Positions 10,060-20,483 of a stretch of 64,000 nt of DNA are shown here, one piece after another (within the stretch, counting starts at the first letter, position 1; the number at the start of each line of letters is the position of its first letter). The notes below the pieces were generated by a model. It was not told the DNA's origin. It worked only from the letters and a program-made list of their open reading frames with translations, and did not search any database. A program made the position numbers and the translations under genes. This DNA comes from Myxococcota bacterium (GTDB lineage Bacteria > Myxococcota_A > SURF-8): contig OZ223209.1 of the NCBI GenBank assembly GCA_965140415.1, positions 5,088,001-5,152,000 on the forward strand. Direction: 5' to 3'.

Positions 10060-11115
10060 ATGCAGATGACCACTCTATTGGAAACTCCCGAACGACTGGT
10101 GCAGAACGGACAAATCGTGAGCTACGGTCTGTTCAAAGAACCCTTTCACGATTTGAATATTCTGGATACGCAGATTTTTCCGGGTAAAACGCTTCCGCAG
10201 TTTCTGCGCAAGCTGCGCATCAAGGAGTGGCAGCACATCGCGGTAATCACTCCCGATGTCTTCGTGGGCTTCGTCATCAGCACCACGCATTACATGGGCA
10301 TGAGCTTCTGCTACGTGGTGGATCGCCACAGCGGCGAGATCGTGGAGCATCACCGCGAAACGGCCCCCTGGAAGGCCAAGGTGTCGCGTGAACTGTGGCA
10401 GGACGACTGCCGCTTCCATGTGAGTGGCTACAACCTGGACATCCGCAACCGCCTGGAGTTGGGGCGTCACCGGGTGGAAATCGACATTCCGGCGGCCAAG
10501 GGCAAACCCGCTATCCGTGCCGAAATCGAGATGTCCGAAGATATCACTAGCCGTCAACCCCTGATCGTCGTGCTGCCGATTTCGGAAAACCGCCCATTGC
10601 ACACGCACAAGATGGTCTGCCCGGTTTCCGGCTGGGTGGAGTTGGGCGAGCGTCGCTGGGACTTGCAACCGGAACGTGATCTGGCCATGCTGGACGTGCA
10701 GAAAACCTACTATCCCTACTCTACGCTCTGGTGCTGGGCCACCTTTGCCGGTTACGATCAGCAGGGCCACCAGTTGGCCATCAACCTGGTGCAGAACATG
10801 ATCGAAAACGACGACACCTACAACGAAAACGTCATGTGGGTAGACGGGCAACTTTCCCAGTTCGGTGGCGCGCGCTTTACGGTGGACAAGCAGAAAATGA
10901 TGGACCCCTGGCACATCATCACGACCGACGAACGCTGCCAGTTGACCTTCACACCCCAGGGCAGCCGCTCCGAAAAGATCAACATGGGTCTGATCCTGAG
11001 CGACTATCACCAGCCCTACGGCACGTTTACCGGTCATATCATCGACGATGATGGCGTCCGCTACGAGGTGGAAGATCTCTTCGGCGTTACCGAGTATCAC
11101 ATCGCCAAGTTCTGA
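10060..11115 (+). CDS. DUF2804 family protein
   Basis: RIKEWQH, HTHK, YYPYSTLWCWA, NENVMWVDG and SDYHQPYGTFTG...GVTEYHIAKF pattern; start moved off the overlap with the upstream gene. Confidence 0.8.
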   Translation: MQMTTLLETPERLVQNGQIVSYGLFKEPFHDLNILDTQIFPGKTLPQFLRKLRIKEWQHIAVITPDVFVGFVISTTHYMGMSFCYVVDRHSGEIVEHHRETAPWKAKVSRELWQDDCRFHVSGYNLDIRNRLELGRHRVEIDIPAAKGKPAIRAEIEMSEDITSRQPLIVVLPISENRPLHTHKMVCPVSGWVELGERRWDLQPERDLAMLDVQKTYYPYSTLWCWATFAGYDQQGHQLAINLVQNMIENDDTYNENVMWVDGQLSQFGGARFTVDKQKMMDPWHIITTDERCQLTFTPQGSRSEKINMGLILSDYHQPYGTFTGHIIDDDGVRYEVEDLFGVTEYHIAKF

Positions 11116-11160
11116 GTCATCACATTTGGGATCGTTCAAGGCTCTTGCCTTGAGCTATCG

Positions 11161-11257
11161 ACTGGGTGGCATCATGGACCAAGCCATAGGCTTGCCCGTG
11201 TTTAAGGGCTACATGGGCAAGCTTCGTTTCTCTTCGCTTCGCCCATATCACCCATCC
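11161..11257. repeat. Inverted doublet of REP-like family B
   Basis: TGGGTGGCATCATGGACCAAGCCATAGGCTTGCCCGTGT followed by an inverted related unit (ACATGGGCAAGC...GCTTCGCCCATATCACCCA). Confidence 0.55.
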
Positions 11258-11283
11258 GTTCTGAAAATTCCGTTCTGAAAATT
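11256..11283. repeat. 14-bp perfect tandem direct repeat upstream of M15 peptidase gene
   Basis: CCGTTCTGAAAATT x2, followed by TTGACC at 11289. Confidence 0.7.
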
Positions 11284-11368
11284 CACCCTTGACCTGAGAC
11301 AGCACCATATGGTAAGCATCATACATACTTATGAGTGCTTGATTTTGCCATAAATGGGAGGGACTGTC

Positions 11369-12091
11369 ATGGCACAGAAACAGGTTTCATTGTCCGATTC
11401 CGTTGGTGAAGGCGGCGCGAACAAGCGCGCGGACGTGCGCAAGGTGCAGCAATATCTCAACCGGGCGGGCGTAACGCCGAAACTGGAAGAGGACGGCTAC
11501 ATCGGTCCGATGACGCTGGCAGCGATTCGTCAGTTCCAGGCTGGATTCATGAAAAAGCCGGATGGGCGCGTCGACGTCGGTGGCAAAAGCTGGTCGCGTC
11601 TGATTCAGGCAAGCCAGCCGCAACAGGAAACCTCATCCCCCGTTTCCCAGCAATGGAGCGGCGACAGCGCACGTTGGAGCCAGCAGAAGAAACTAGACAG
11701 CCTGCATCCCGAATTCAGGCTGAAGGTGGAAAACATGCTGGCGGCGCTTAAAGAACAGGGCTTCAAGCCCAAGGTGTTTTACGGCTGGCGCTCGCAGAAA
11801 GTGCAGGCCAGGCTGCTTAAAGAAGGTAAATCTCGCGTGAGTTTCTCCTTTCATAACGCCCAGTTACCCACAGGCCGACCCAACAGCTACGCCGTAGATA
11901 TCATCGATAGCCGCTGGGGCTGGAACGAAGAAGCCGAGCAAAACGGCTTCTGGGATGCCATGGGGCGCGTGGCGAAACAGCAGGGCTTGTATTGGGGTGG
12001 AAACTGGAAAAGCTTCAAGGATGTCGCGCACGTACAGTACGTCGCCAACAGCCGCCTGAAAGAGATCAAAAAAGAATCCGGGCTGGCTTGA
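11369..12091 (+). CDS. Peptidoglycan-binding domain + M15 family metallopeptidase (endolysin-like)
   Basis: N-terminal DVRKVQQYLN..DGYIGPMTLAAIRQFQ..DGRVD; C-terminal GWRS..Q, SFHN..AVD, WGGNWKSFKDVAHVQ. Confidence 0.87.
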   Translation: MAQKQVSLSDSVGEGGANKRADVRKVQQYLNRAGVTPKLEEDGYIGPMTLAAIRQFQAGFMKKPDGRVDVGGKSWSRLIQASQPQQETSSPVSQQWSGDSARWSQQKKLDSLHPEFRLKVENMLAALKEQGFKPKVFYGWRSQKVQARLLKEGKSRVSFSFHNAQLPTGRPNSYAVDIIDSRWGWNEEAEQNGFWDAMGRVAKQQGLYWGGNWKSFKDVAHVQYVANSRLKEIKKESGLA

Positions 12092-12142
12092 ACCAACCCG
12101 GACTTCATTTCGATACAATAACTTTCGTCGAAGCCTGTTGTA

Positions 12143-13735
12143 TCAGGCTTCGGCGGCTTCTTCTTCGCCATTGGCCTTAGGATCGCCACCCGAATTCAAC
12201 TTGAACAGTTTCCTAAACACCAGTAGACCAAGCGGCGTTGCCAGCGCCATGCCGCCAATCCAGATCCAAATCAAGGAATGATCCGGGTAAGAAGTCATTG
12301 CCTTACCCGCCTCATCAAGCGGCGTGTAAGCCTTCAATAGCAGTCCAGACATCGGCCCGACGACGAATTTCGCTGCAAACCAGGGCAAAACCGACAGCGC
12401 GATATATGTTCCCTCTTTGCCCTTGGGCGCGATTTCCGCCGTGAACTGCATCAGGCGCGGCGACCAGATCGCCTCGCCGACGGTGAATACCATAATGAAA
12501 ACAATCAACGGCCAGTATTCCGGTACCGGAGGATTGGCGGCCAGTTCCGTCATATTATCGGCCATACCCAGCCACTTGACGAAGACCAGCTCGCCCCAGA
12601 CCGACTGCGTCAGGTGTTCGAACTTCGAACTGGGAATGACAGCCAGGAAACAGGAAAGCGACGACACCAGCGAACCGATAATCAGCATCTTGTAGGAACT
12701 GACCTTCTTGGTTATGGAAGCCACCAGCGGCACCAGAAAGACGATCAGAACTGGGTTCAACACACCGTAAATCGAACCGATTTTCGCCCCTTCGCCCAAC
12801 ACGCGGATACCGTATTTGGGGAAGGTATAGTGGAAGTGGAAGAAAATGAAACGCACGAACAGGGTCGTGGTCAACATGCCCAAAAAGATCCAGAAATACT
12901 TTTCTCGGGCGACATTGGAGATCATCTTGCCGGTATCGATGGCCGCCTGTTTGATGGCCTGCATGCCACTGCCGTAATCGGGCGTGGGCTTGACGACCGG
13001 GCCTTCTTCCGTCATCTCCACACCGTCGCGGATAAAGAGAATCACGAACAGGCTACCCAGCGTAAAAACAAAGCCGAAAACGAAAAAGAGCTGGTAGGTC
13101 GAGAAATGCATACCGAACAGTTCGGTACCGAAGTTCTCGTTGATGATCTTGCCCATGGCGTCGCGCTCGGCAAAGGTATCACGGACCCAGTCGAAGAAGA
13201 CGCCACCGATGGCGTACGCGATATTCATGACCACATAGAACAGGCCGAAGCCCAGCGCCGCGCCCTCTTTGGTGGTGTAACGCTTGATGGCCACCGAAAC
13301 CAGCGGGCCGACGATGGCGAAACCGATGGCCAGCGGAATGAAGCCCAGCCCGAAGATCAGCCAGGGATTCGTCACGAATGACATGAAGAAGCGCGAAATC
13401 AGTAGGAATATGATACTGATAAACAGTGTGCGCTTGATGCCGATGGTGTCCACCAGCGCGCCTGCGACCATGGCCATGACCGAGAGCAGAATCGACCAGG
13501 CCGAAATATAACTGCCTGCGGCCACATCTCCCAGGCCGCAATCGCGCGAAAGCCACAGGATGATCGCCATGTTCATGGCGGCATACGCGGTGTATTCGAT
13601 CACCTTGTACAGGAACAGGAACCACATGTCGCGCGGGGATTCCTTCAATCCGCGTGCGTATTTCCAAATGATGTAGATCAGGGCGAGGCCGCCGCCGATT
13701 AACAGGGTGTAAGTAATAAAATCCGCCGTACTCAT
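12143..13735 (-). CDS. MFS transporter, POT/oligopeptide:H+ symporter-like
   Basis: Multiple TM helices; GFGLFYVVMNI, LNPVLIVFLVP, FTVGEAIWSPRL and APKGKEGTY motifs. Confidence 0.85.
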   Translation of the reverse strand: MSTADFITYTLLIGGGLALIYIIWKYARGLKESPRDMWFLFLYKVIEYTAYAAMNMAIILWLSRDCGLGDVAAGSYISAWSILLSVMAMVAGALVDTIGIKRTLFISIIFLLISRFFMSFVTNPWLIFGLGFIPLAIGFAIVGPLVSVAIKRYTTKEGAALGFGLFYVVMNIAYAIGGVFFDWVRDTFAERDAMGKIINENFGTELFGMHFSTYQLFFVFGFVFTLGSLFVILFIRDGVEMTEEGPVVKPTPDYGSGMQAIKQAAIDTGKMISNVAREKYFWIFLGMLTTTLFVRFIFFHFHYTFPKYGIRVLGEGAKIGSIYGVLNPVLIVFLVPLVASITKKVSSYKMLIIGSLVSSLSCFLAVIPSSKFEHLTQSVWGELVFVKWLGMADNMTELAANPPVPEYWPLIVFIMVFTVGEAIWSPRLMQFTAEIAPKGKEGTYIALSVLPWFAAKFVVGPMSGLLLKAYTPLDEAGKAMTSYPDHSLIWIWIGGMALATPLGLLVFRKLFKLNSGGDPKANGEEEAAEA

Positions 13736-13992
13736 GAATGCTCCTTTTCCGGTTTCCGTTGTTGTCGAACGTGGAATAACAGAGGCTTAACAATTTCGTT
13801 CATATCTTGGTAGTAGAAAACCGTCCAGGATGCAAGATTTTCTTTTCGGGGGGTGGGGGGTGGCAACTTCCATCCACCAATTTCCTCAATAAAAAAACGA
13901 GCTTGACCGGATTGTGGCGGCGTGATAAACGGAGTGTTTAACGTCATGTATCGTTAAATAGATAACAGTCTGTTAGAAGGAAGGAATCTATC

Positions 13993-14958
13993 GTGACTTT
14001 TCAGGAACTTGTTTTGGCCCTTCAGAATTACTGGGCCGAGCACGGCTGCTTGATCTTGCAGCCGCACGACGTGGAAACAGGCGCGGGCACCTTCAACCCG
14101 CACACCCTGATGCGTTGTCTGGGACCGGAACCGTGGAACGCGGCATACGTCGAACCCTGCCGCCGTCCCACCGATGGCCGCTACGGCGAAAACCCCAACC
14201 GGCTGCAACGCTACTACCAGTTTCAGGTGGTGCTCAAACCCAACCCGGAAAACGTGCAGGATCTGTACCTACAGAGCCTGAAAGCCTTCGGCATCGATCC
14301 GCGTCACCACGATATCCGCTTCGTGGAGGACGACTGGGAGTCGCCGACCTTGGGCGCGTGGGGTCTGGGCTGGGAAGTCTGGATCGACGGCATGGAAATC
14401 ACGCAGTTCACCTACTTCCAGCAGGCGGGCAGCATCGATGTCAAACCGGTGACGGCGGAGTTGACCTACGGCATCGAGCGCATCGCGATGTACCTGCAAA
14501 ACGTGGACAACGTTTACGATCTGGAATGGAGCAACGGCATCAGCTACGGCGACGTGCACCATCAGGACGAAGTGGACTGGAGCAAGTACAACTTCGAGTC
14601 CTCCGACCCCGCCCTGCACTTCTCGCTGTTCGATCAGTTCGAAGCCGAGGCAACGCGGCTGTGCGATCAGGGTCTGCCGGTTCCGGCATACGACTACTGC
14701 CTGAAATGCTCGCACGCCTTCAACATGCTCGACGCCAAGGGCGCGATTTCCGTGACCGAGCGGCAGCACTACATCGCCCGCGTACGCAAACTGGCGCGGC
14801 TGTGCGCCGAAGGCTACGTCGTGCAGCGGCACAAGATGGGCTATCCATTGTTAAAACACGTGCAGGACTACGACACCAACCCGTTGGTGCACCATTGGAC
14901 GCGCGTGGTCGAAACCATCGAAAAGCGCCGCAACCGGTCGCAGAAGAAAAACAAATAA
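13993..14958 (+). CDS. glyQ: Glycine--tRNA ligase alpha subunit
   Basis: [61 protein letters not shown]. Confidence 0.98.
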   Translation: MTFQELVLALQNYWAEHGCLILQPHDVETGAGTFNPHTLMRCLGPEPWNAAYVEPCRRPTDGRYGENPNRLQRYYQFQVVLKPNPENVQDLYLQSLKAFGIDPRHHDIRFVEDDWESPTLGAWGLGWEVWIDGMEITQFTYFQQAGSIDVKPVTAELTYGIERIAMYLQNVDNVYDLEWSNGISYGDVHHQDEVDWSKYNFESSDPALHFSLFDQFEAEATRLCDQGLPVPAYDYCLKCSHAFNMLDAKGAISVTERQHYIARVRKLARLCAEGYVVQRHKMGYPLLKHVQDYDTNPLVHHWTRVVETIEKRRNRSQKKNK

Positions 14959-14979
14959 TACGCTGTCAGTGAGGATATT

Positions 14980-17043
14980 ATGGCGGAATTGATATTTGAA
15001 ATCGGATGCGAGGAACTCCCGGCGGGAGCGATTGCACCGGCCTTAAACGCAATGGCTTCTTTTCTCGCGGATGAACTGAACGCCGCCGGGCTGCATCACG
15101 GCGACCCGCAGATGTTCGGCACTCCGCGCAGACTGGGCGCGGTGATCCGCTCGCTGGATGAAAGACAGGAAGACCGCGAGGAACAGGTGGTCGGACCCAA
15201 GGAAGCCATCGCCTTCGACGAGCAGGGTCAGCCGACCAAAGTAGCGCAGGGTTTTGCGCGCGGTCATGGCTTGGATGTAGCAGAACTGGAAATCGTCGAT
15301 ACCCCCAAAGGGCGCTGCATCGGCGGCACCAAGCAGATCAAAGGCAAGCCGACGGCGGCCCTGCTTGAGGAGTTGCTGCCTAAACTGCTGCCGCGCATTC
15401 CCTTCCGTAAATCGATGCGCTGGAATATCCACGACGAAACCTTCGCACGGCCCATCCACTGGATTCTGGCGGTGCTGGACGGCAAGGTGATCCCGATTCA
15501 TTATGCCGGTGTGGATAGCGGGAACAAAAGCTACGGGCATCGTTTCCTGGCCCCGGAAGCCTTCAAGGTGCACGACGCCGAGTTGTTCTTCCGGCATCTG
15601 GATCAAGCCTATGTGGTCGCCGATATCAACGACCGCCGGGATCTGATCGAGAAAATGGCCAGCAAATTGGCAACCGAAGCGGGCGGGAAGCTCATCGAAG
15701 ACGACAGTCTGCTGGATGAAATCGCCAATATCGTAGAGTATCCGACCGGCTTGATCGGCACCTTCGACGAAGACTACCTGCAATTACCGAAGGAAATTCC
15801 GGTTCTGTCGATGCGCAGCCACCAGAAGTACTTTGCACTGCAAGACGAAAAGGGTCGGCTTTTACCCAAATTCATCGTTTTCCAGAACGGCAAAACCGAA
15901 GATCCCAAAATGGTGGTGGCCGGAAACGAGCGCGTGCTGGCGGCAAGATTGTCGGATGCGCGCTTCTTCTTCAACGAAGATCGCAAGCAACCGCTTGAAA
16001 GCTTTGTGGAAGGATTGAAAAAGGTCACGTTCCAGGAAAAACTGGGCAGCATCCATGAAAAGGTGGAACGCATCGGCGAACACGTGCGCTTCCTGGCTCC
16101 GTTCATCAAAGCCGAAGCGTTGGAAAACGCATTGCGTGCCGCACACTTGTGCAAAGCCGATCTGCAAAGCGCAGTGGTGGTGGAATTCCCGGATTTGCAG
16201 GGAGTGATGGGTCGCGTGTATGGCCTGCTCGATTCGGAAGACCAGTCGGTCGCGGAAGCGCTGGAGCAGCATTACTGGCCGCGCTTCGCCGATGACGAAC
16301 TGCCCACCAGGCATGTGGCGGCCATCGTGGCGCTGGCGGACAAGCTGGACACCATCGCCGGTTGCTTCGGCGTGGGCCTGATTCCCAGCGGTGCAGCGGA
16401 CCCTTACGCTTTGCGACGCCTGGCGCTGGGTATCATCCGTATTCTGAGCGATCGCGGTTATAACGTGCCACTGGCAAGCTGGATCGATTTCGCCGTCAAC
16501 GCCTATGGCGACAAACTGAACCGCGATACGGCTCAGACCAAGAGCGACATTCGGGAGTTCATCCTGGGACGCTATCGCAACCTGCGTAACCGCAACGTTC
16601 CCACCGATTTGGTAGACTGCGTCCTTTCCGCCAATTTCGAAATGCTGCCCGAACTGGACGGCAAACTGGCGGCCCTGCAACAGTTCAGCAAACAGCCGGA
16701 AAGCCGCGCTTGTGCGGCGGCATTCAAGCGCGTGATGAACATCCTGAAAGAGCGTCCCGATAGCGTCGTCGATCCGGATCTGTTCGGTTTCGATGCCGAG
16801 CATGAATTGTGGAACGCGGCACAGGACGTAAGCCAGCGTGTCGGCTCCGCCCTGAAAAAAGGCGAATATCTTTCCGCGTTGGAAATCCTGGCCGAGTTGA
16901 AACAGCCGGTGGATCGCTTTTTCGATGACGTACTGGTAATGGACAAGGACGAGGCGGTGCGCAACAATCGTCTCTCCCTGCTCGGATACCTGGCGGATCT
17001 CTTTACAGGCATTGCGGATTTCCGCAAGATTCAAACGGACTAG
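14980..17043 (+). CDS. glyS: Glycine--tRNA ligase beta subunit
   Basis: EIGCEELP, TPRRL, SMRW, GNERVLAARLSDARFF, EFPDLQGVMG, DPYALRR; follows glyQ. Confidence 0.98.
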   Translation: MAELIFEIGCEELPAGAIAPALNAMASFLADELNAAGLHHGDPQMFGTPRRLGAVIRSLDERQEDREEQVVGPKEAIAFDEQGQPTKVAQGFARGHGLDVAELEIVDTPKGRCIGGTKQIKGKPTAALLEELLPKLLPRIPFRKSMRWNIHDETFARPIHWILAVLDGKVIPIHYAGVDSGNKSYGHRFLAPEAFKVHDAELFFRHLDQAYVVADINDRRDLIEKMASKLATEAGGKLIEDDSLLDEIANIVEYPTGLIGTFDEDYLQLPKEIPVLSMRSHQKYFALQDEKGRLLPKFIVFQNGKTEDPKMVVAGNERVLAARLSDARFFFNEDRKQPLESFVEGLKKVTFQEKLGSIHEKVERIGEHVRFLAPFIKAEALENALRAAHLCKADLQSAVVVEFPDLQGVMGRVYGLLDSEDQSVAEALEQHYWPRFADDELPTRHVAAIVALADKLDTIAGCFGVGLIPSGAADPYALRRLALGIIRILSDRGYNVPLASWIDFAVNAYGDKLNRDTAQTKSDIREFILGRYRNLRNRNVPTDLVDCVLSANFEMLPELDGKLAALQQFSKQPESRACAAAFKRVMNILKERPDSVVDPDLFGFDAEHELWNAAQDVSQRVGSALKKGEYLSALEILAELKQPVDRFFDDVLVMDKDEAVRNNRLSLLGYLADLFTGIADFRKIQTD

Positions 17044-17055
17044 ATTTGAACAACC

Positions 17056-17091
17056 AGCCTGCCTGTCACCGGGCAGGCTTTTTAATTTTTT
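17056..17091 (+). terminator. Rho-independent terminator after glyS
   Basis: AGCCTGCCTG-TCAC-CGGGCAGGCT followed by TTTTAATTTTTT. Confidence 0.8.
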
Positions 17092-17122
17092 GACAAGACG
17101 CATTATTTACGAGGAGTAACCC

Positions 17123-19279
17123 ATGAAACGCTGGCAGGCATGGATGATCGGTGTTATTGCGATTTCGTTGTTCGCAATCGGCTGTTCGGAAGGCGACGAC
17201 GAGACCATCACGCCCGACGGCGATCTGGACGCCTCGGAAAATGTGGAGTTGGAAACCGACGGCGATGGTGAAGCGGAAGAGGATGTCGTTAACGACACGC
17301 CCGAACCGGACAATCGCGTCGTGTACGAGATTCACGGTCCGACCTCAGCCAATCGTCCCAGACCGGCCAATCGGCTCCCCTTCCCATACAATTTCTTCAC
17401 CGAGCCTAACCCACAGCGTCTAACCGGCTTGCAGGTCAAACTCAGTCCGCCGCCGACCGCCGCGATTATGGAGATCAACACCAACCTGATCGACACCGGC
17501 CTGTACTTCATGAACGCCACCACCTACACCGACGGCATGAACGCGCTGGACGGCTTTTCGACCTTCGCCTACTTGATGTTCGAAGTCACGCCGGAACTGG
17601 ATACCAGCCTGCTGCCGCAGACGCCGGAGGAGTCCGTTACCGACGATAGCCTGATCTGGCTCGTCAATCTGCAAGCCGACTCGGATGATTTCGGTCAGCG
17701 GATTCCCGTCTGGGTGGAACAGGCGGAAGGTTTTGAATTCGACAAGGACGACCACGACATCCACGAGCATCTGTTCTGGTACGTGCGCATGCGCCCAACG
17801 CAGCCACTGATGGACCAGACCCGCTATGCGCTGGTGGTACGCAAAGGCTTGAAGACGACGCAGGGCGACCTACTGGAACCGGCGCGACACTTCCTGTTCG
17901 TTTCCGATCAGGCACCTATCGCCAATGTAACCGAACTGCAACAACCGTTATTGGAAAACGAGCGCACGCGCATGGCGGAAGTCTTTACAACGTTGGAATC
18001 GGACGACATCGGCATCGATCGCGAAGACCTGCTTTTGGCGGTGGATTTCACCACGCAGACGGTGGTGCACGATCTGGAAAACATCCGCGACCGCATGGCG
18101 GCAGGAGAATTCGTCACTCCCGTACCGGATTTCGATGTCGATGACGACGGCAGCCCGGATCTCTACGACAACTCGACCTATCCCTCCGAGTTTCCCGGCG
18201 CGACGGTGGATATGACCGATATCGGCGCGTATCTGCACGGCACCATCCAGGCGCCCGACTTCCGCCTGCCACGCATTGTGGAATGGAACGAGTCGCGCCA
18301 GCGCGCTTTCGATTACGATGAAAACCAGAATCCGAAAGTTCAAGATACGCTGGAGATCCCATTCGTTCTGTATTTGCCGAAAGAACCGTCGGCGCAACCC
18401 TGCCCGGTAATCATCGTGCAACACGGAATTAGTAGCAAAAAGGAAGACCTGCGCCGCATTTCCACGATCTTCGCCAAGTATGGCTGGGCCACCTTGACGG
18501 CGGACTTCGTTTATCACGGCGAACGCAGCGATGGCAACATGGCAGCACTCTCCTTTATCGACATCGTTTATCCGCTTAAAGCCCGTTCCAGTTGGATGCA
18601 GGCGACCAGCGATCACCTGCAAATCATTACCATGCTGCGCAACTGGGATCTGGATCTGTACCCGCAAGGCGGCGACGGCACGGTGGATCTGGACAGCAGC
18701 CGGGTGGCCTATATCGGGCAATCGTTGGGCGGCATCGTCGGTGGTATCACCTCGGCGGTTTCCAAGGATCTGGGTGCCTCGATCATCAACGTCGGCGGCG
18801 GCGGTTTGATGGATTTTGTGGCACAGTTCTTGTCCGACTACGGCATCAACACCTACTATCCCGACTATTACATGACCCAGTATTCCACGGTGGCACAGAC
18901 CATTCTGGATGCGGGCGACTCGGTAAACTATGCGCGTTTCCATGTAAATCCGCCGCAGGATTACGCCTCCAAGTGGGTTTTATTACAGGAATCGATCGAC
19001 GACGAAACGGTGCCCAATCCGGTGTCGGAAAACTACGCCCGCGCCGCGAACATGCTGCAACTGAACCCCGCAGTGCGCCCGGTCTACGGACTGACACCGG
19101 CAGACGGTCCCACAACGAATAACGCCTTTATCCAGTTCGACCCGGCCAATCACAATTCGCTATTGGGTCATACCTACCCCGAAACCACCGCGCGCATCCA
19201 GGCGCAGATCGTGCATTTCTTCCAGACCTTTTTCGACAACGGGCAGGCGGAAGTCATCGTACCGGAAACGACGGAGTGA
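17123..19279 (+). CDS. Alpha/beta-hydrolase (extracellular lipase-like) lipoprotein with DGD tract
   Basis: Lipobox AIGC; NALDGFST, QHGI, HGER, GQSLGG nucleophile elbow, DETVPN, NHNSL. Confidence 0.85.
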   Translation: MKRWQAWMIGVIAISLFAIGCSEGDDETITPDGDLDASENVELETDGDGEAEEDVVNDTPEPDNRVVYEIHGPTSANRPRPANRLPFPYNFFTEPNPQRLTGLQVKLSPPPTAAIMEINTNLIDTGLYFMNATTYTDGMNALDGFSTFAYLMFEVTPELDTSLLPQTPEESVTDDSLIWLVNLQADSDDFGQRIPVWVEQAEGFEFDKDDHDIHEHLFWYVRMRPTQPLMDQTRYALVVRKGLKTTQGDLLEPARHFLFVSDQAPIANVTELQQPLLENERTRMAEVFTTLESDDIGIDREDLLLAVDFTTQTVVHDLENIRDRMAAGEFVTPVPDFDVDDDGSPDLYDNSTYPSEFPGATVDMTDIGAYLHGTIQAPDFRLPRIVEWNESRQRAFDYDENQNPKVQDTLEIPFVLYLPKEPSAQPCPVIIVQHGISSKKEDLRRISTIFAKYGWATLTADFVYHGERSDGNMAALSFIDIVYPLKARSSWMQATSDHLQIITMLRNWDLDLYPQGGDGTVDLDSSRVAYIGQSLGGIVGGITSAVSKDLGASIINVGGGGLMDFVAQFLSDYGINTYYPDYYMTQYSTVAQTILDAGDSVNYARFHVNPPQDYASKWVLLQESIDDETVPNPVSENYARAANMLQLNPAVRPVYGLTPADGPTTNNAFIQFDPANHNSLLGHTYPETTARIQAQIVHFFQTFFDNGQAEVIVPETTE

Positions 19280-19577
19280 AGAAAGCGCTCGAATATCTGA
19301 TAACGTAAAAAGTTGGGAAGGGGAATGGTCCACCGTGATTTTTTCAATCGCGTTCAGGTATCCTTTTGAGCCAGAACATGAAAATCCGTTGACTCCTTCC
19401 GGCCCAATTGATATACACAATTAAATACAATTGTACTCAAATCAATGTCTCGTGAACATACCAAAACAATCTCATCGAATGATTTTTATGTACAATCGGC
19501 GAATTCACATCCGGCAAGAGCATCAAGCCATACGGACAACGAAAACATGTTCATGTGACAGGAAAGAAGAGAACTCC

Positions 19578-20483
19578 ATGCTAAAAAACAGTTGTTTTCT
19601 GCTTGCTTTAATGATTTTTCTACCAATTCTCTTTTCCTGCAACGATGGTGGTGATACAGCCGATGGCGATGTGACAGATGATGATTTAGAACCAGACAAA
19701 GATGTTGAAATGGACAGTTCTGAATTAGATATTGATTCGGATATGGATGTCAACTCCGATATTGCTGAAGAGGAAAAAGAACAATATCGGATGACTTATA
19801 CTGGGCATTTGGATTACAAAGGTGAAGCTTCATTCTTTATACCGGAAATCAGATTTGATGATATGCCAATCATCCAGGGGTTAGTCTATTCGGAAAATTA
19901 CGCAGTCACAGGTTATGTCGAGATTGGAAACATTGTCCCGAACGAGGGTGAATTTCAATTTTCCTCTGGTGTTTCTAATGCCAATTCGGAATTCATCCTG
20001 GTAATTAGCAAAAATCCATCAAGAAAAACTTACCATGGAACACTTGATGGTAATGGGGAAGCATCAGTTTTAGTTTCAGAAATTAACCAGATAGACATGC
20101 CAACCATTCAAGGCTATGTGTACTCGGAAAACTACTCCACAGCTGGTTACGTGACAATCGGCAACATCGTGCCGGGTAATGGTGAATTTCGGTTCTTCGC
20201 TGGTATTTCAAATGCAAATTCCGATTACATTCTTGTAGTCGACGATTCGGAGATGCGGTCCATCTACACAGGAAACCTTGATGGTAACGGGGACGCAAAT
20301 ATCCATGTGCCAGAAATTCGTCTTGATAACATGCCTATTGTTCAAGGGTTTGTGTGGACTGAAAACTACTCTGTTCCAGGATATGTCACTTTAGGAAGCA
20401 TCATACCTTCCGATAATAATTTCAGATTCTCGGCAGGCGGTGTTAACTCAAACGTTGCTTATATCCTCGTCATCAATCCATAG
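19578..20483 (+). CDS. Lipoprotein with three tandem ~77-aa repeats of unknown family, AT-rich
   Basis: Lipobox LFSC, acidic DGD leader; three repeats Y.G.LD..G.A....EI..D.MP.IQG.V.SENY...GYV.IG.IVP....F.F..G..N.N...ILV. Confidence 0.75.
   Translation: MLKNSCFLLALMIFLPILFSCNDGGDTADGDVTDDDLEPDKDVEMDSSELDIDSDMDVNSDIAEEEKEQYRMTYTGHLDYKGEASFFIPEIRFDDMPIIQGLVYSENYAVTGYVEIGNIVPNEGEFQFSSGVSNANSEFILVISKNPSRKTYHGTLDGNGEASVLVSEINQIDMPTIQGYVYSENYSTAGYVTIGNIVPGNGEFRFFAGISNANSDYILVVDDSEMRSIYTGNLDGNGDANIHVPEIRLDNMPIVQGFVWTENYSVPGYVTLGSIIPSDNNFRFSAGGVNSNVAYILVINP

Noticed and set aside
11369-12091. Prophage remnant around the endolysin-like gene
   Set aside because: No holin, structural, integrase or att features nearby.
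13848-13863. G-rich run GGGGGGTGGGGGTGG as a G-quadruplex in the MFS/glyQ divergent region
   Set aside because: Too short for a confident four-tract intramolecular G4, and there is no supporting evidence.
15862-17103. Long antisense ORF (413 aa) opposite glyS, and similar shadows opposite der, era, DUF2804, GH36 and the giant Cys protein
   Set aside because: They mirror well-supported genes; GC-rich codon bias suppresses antisense stops; no recognisable motifs.
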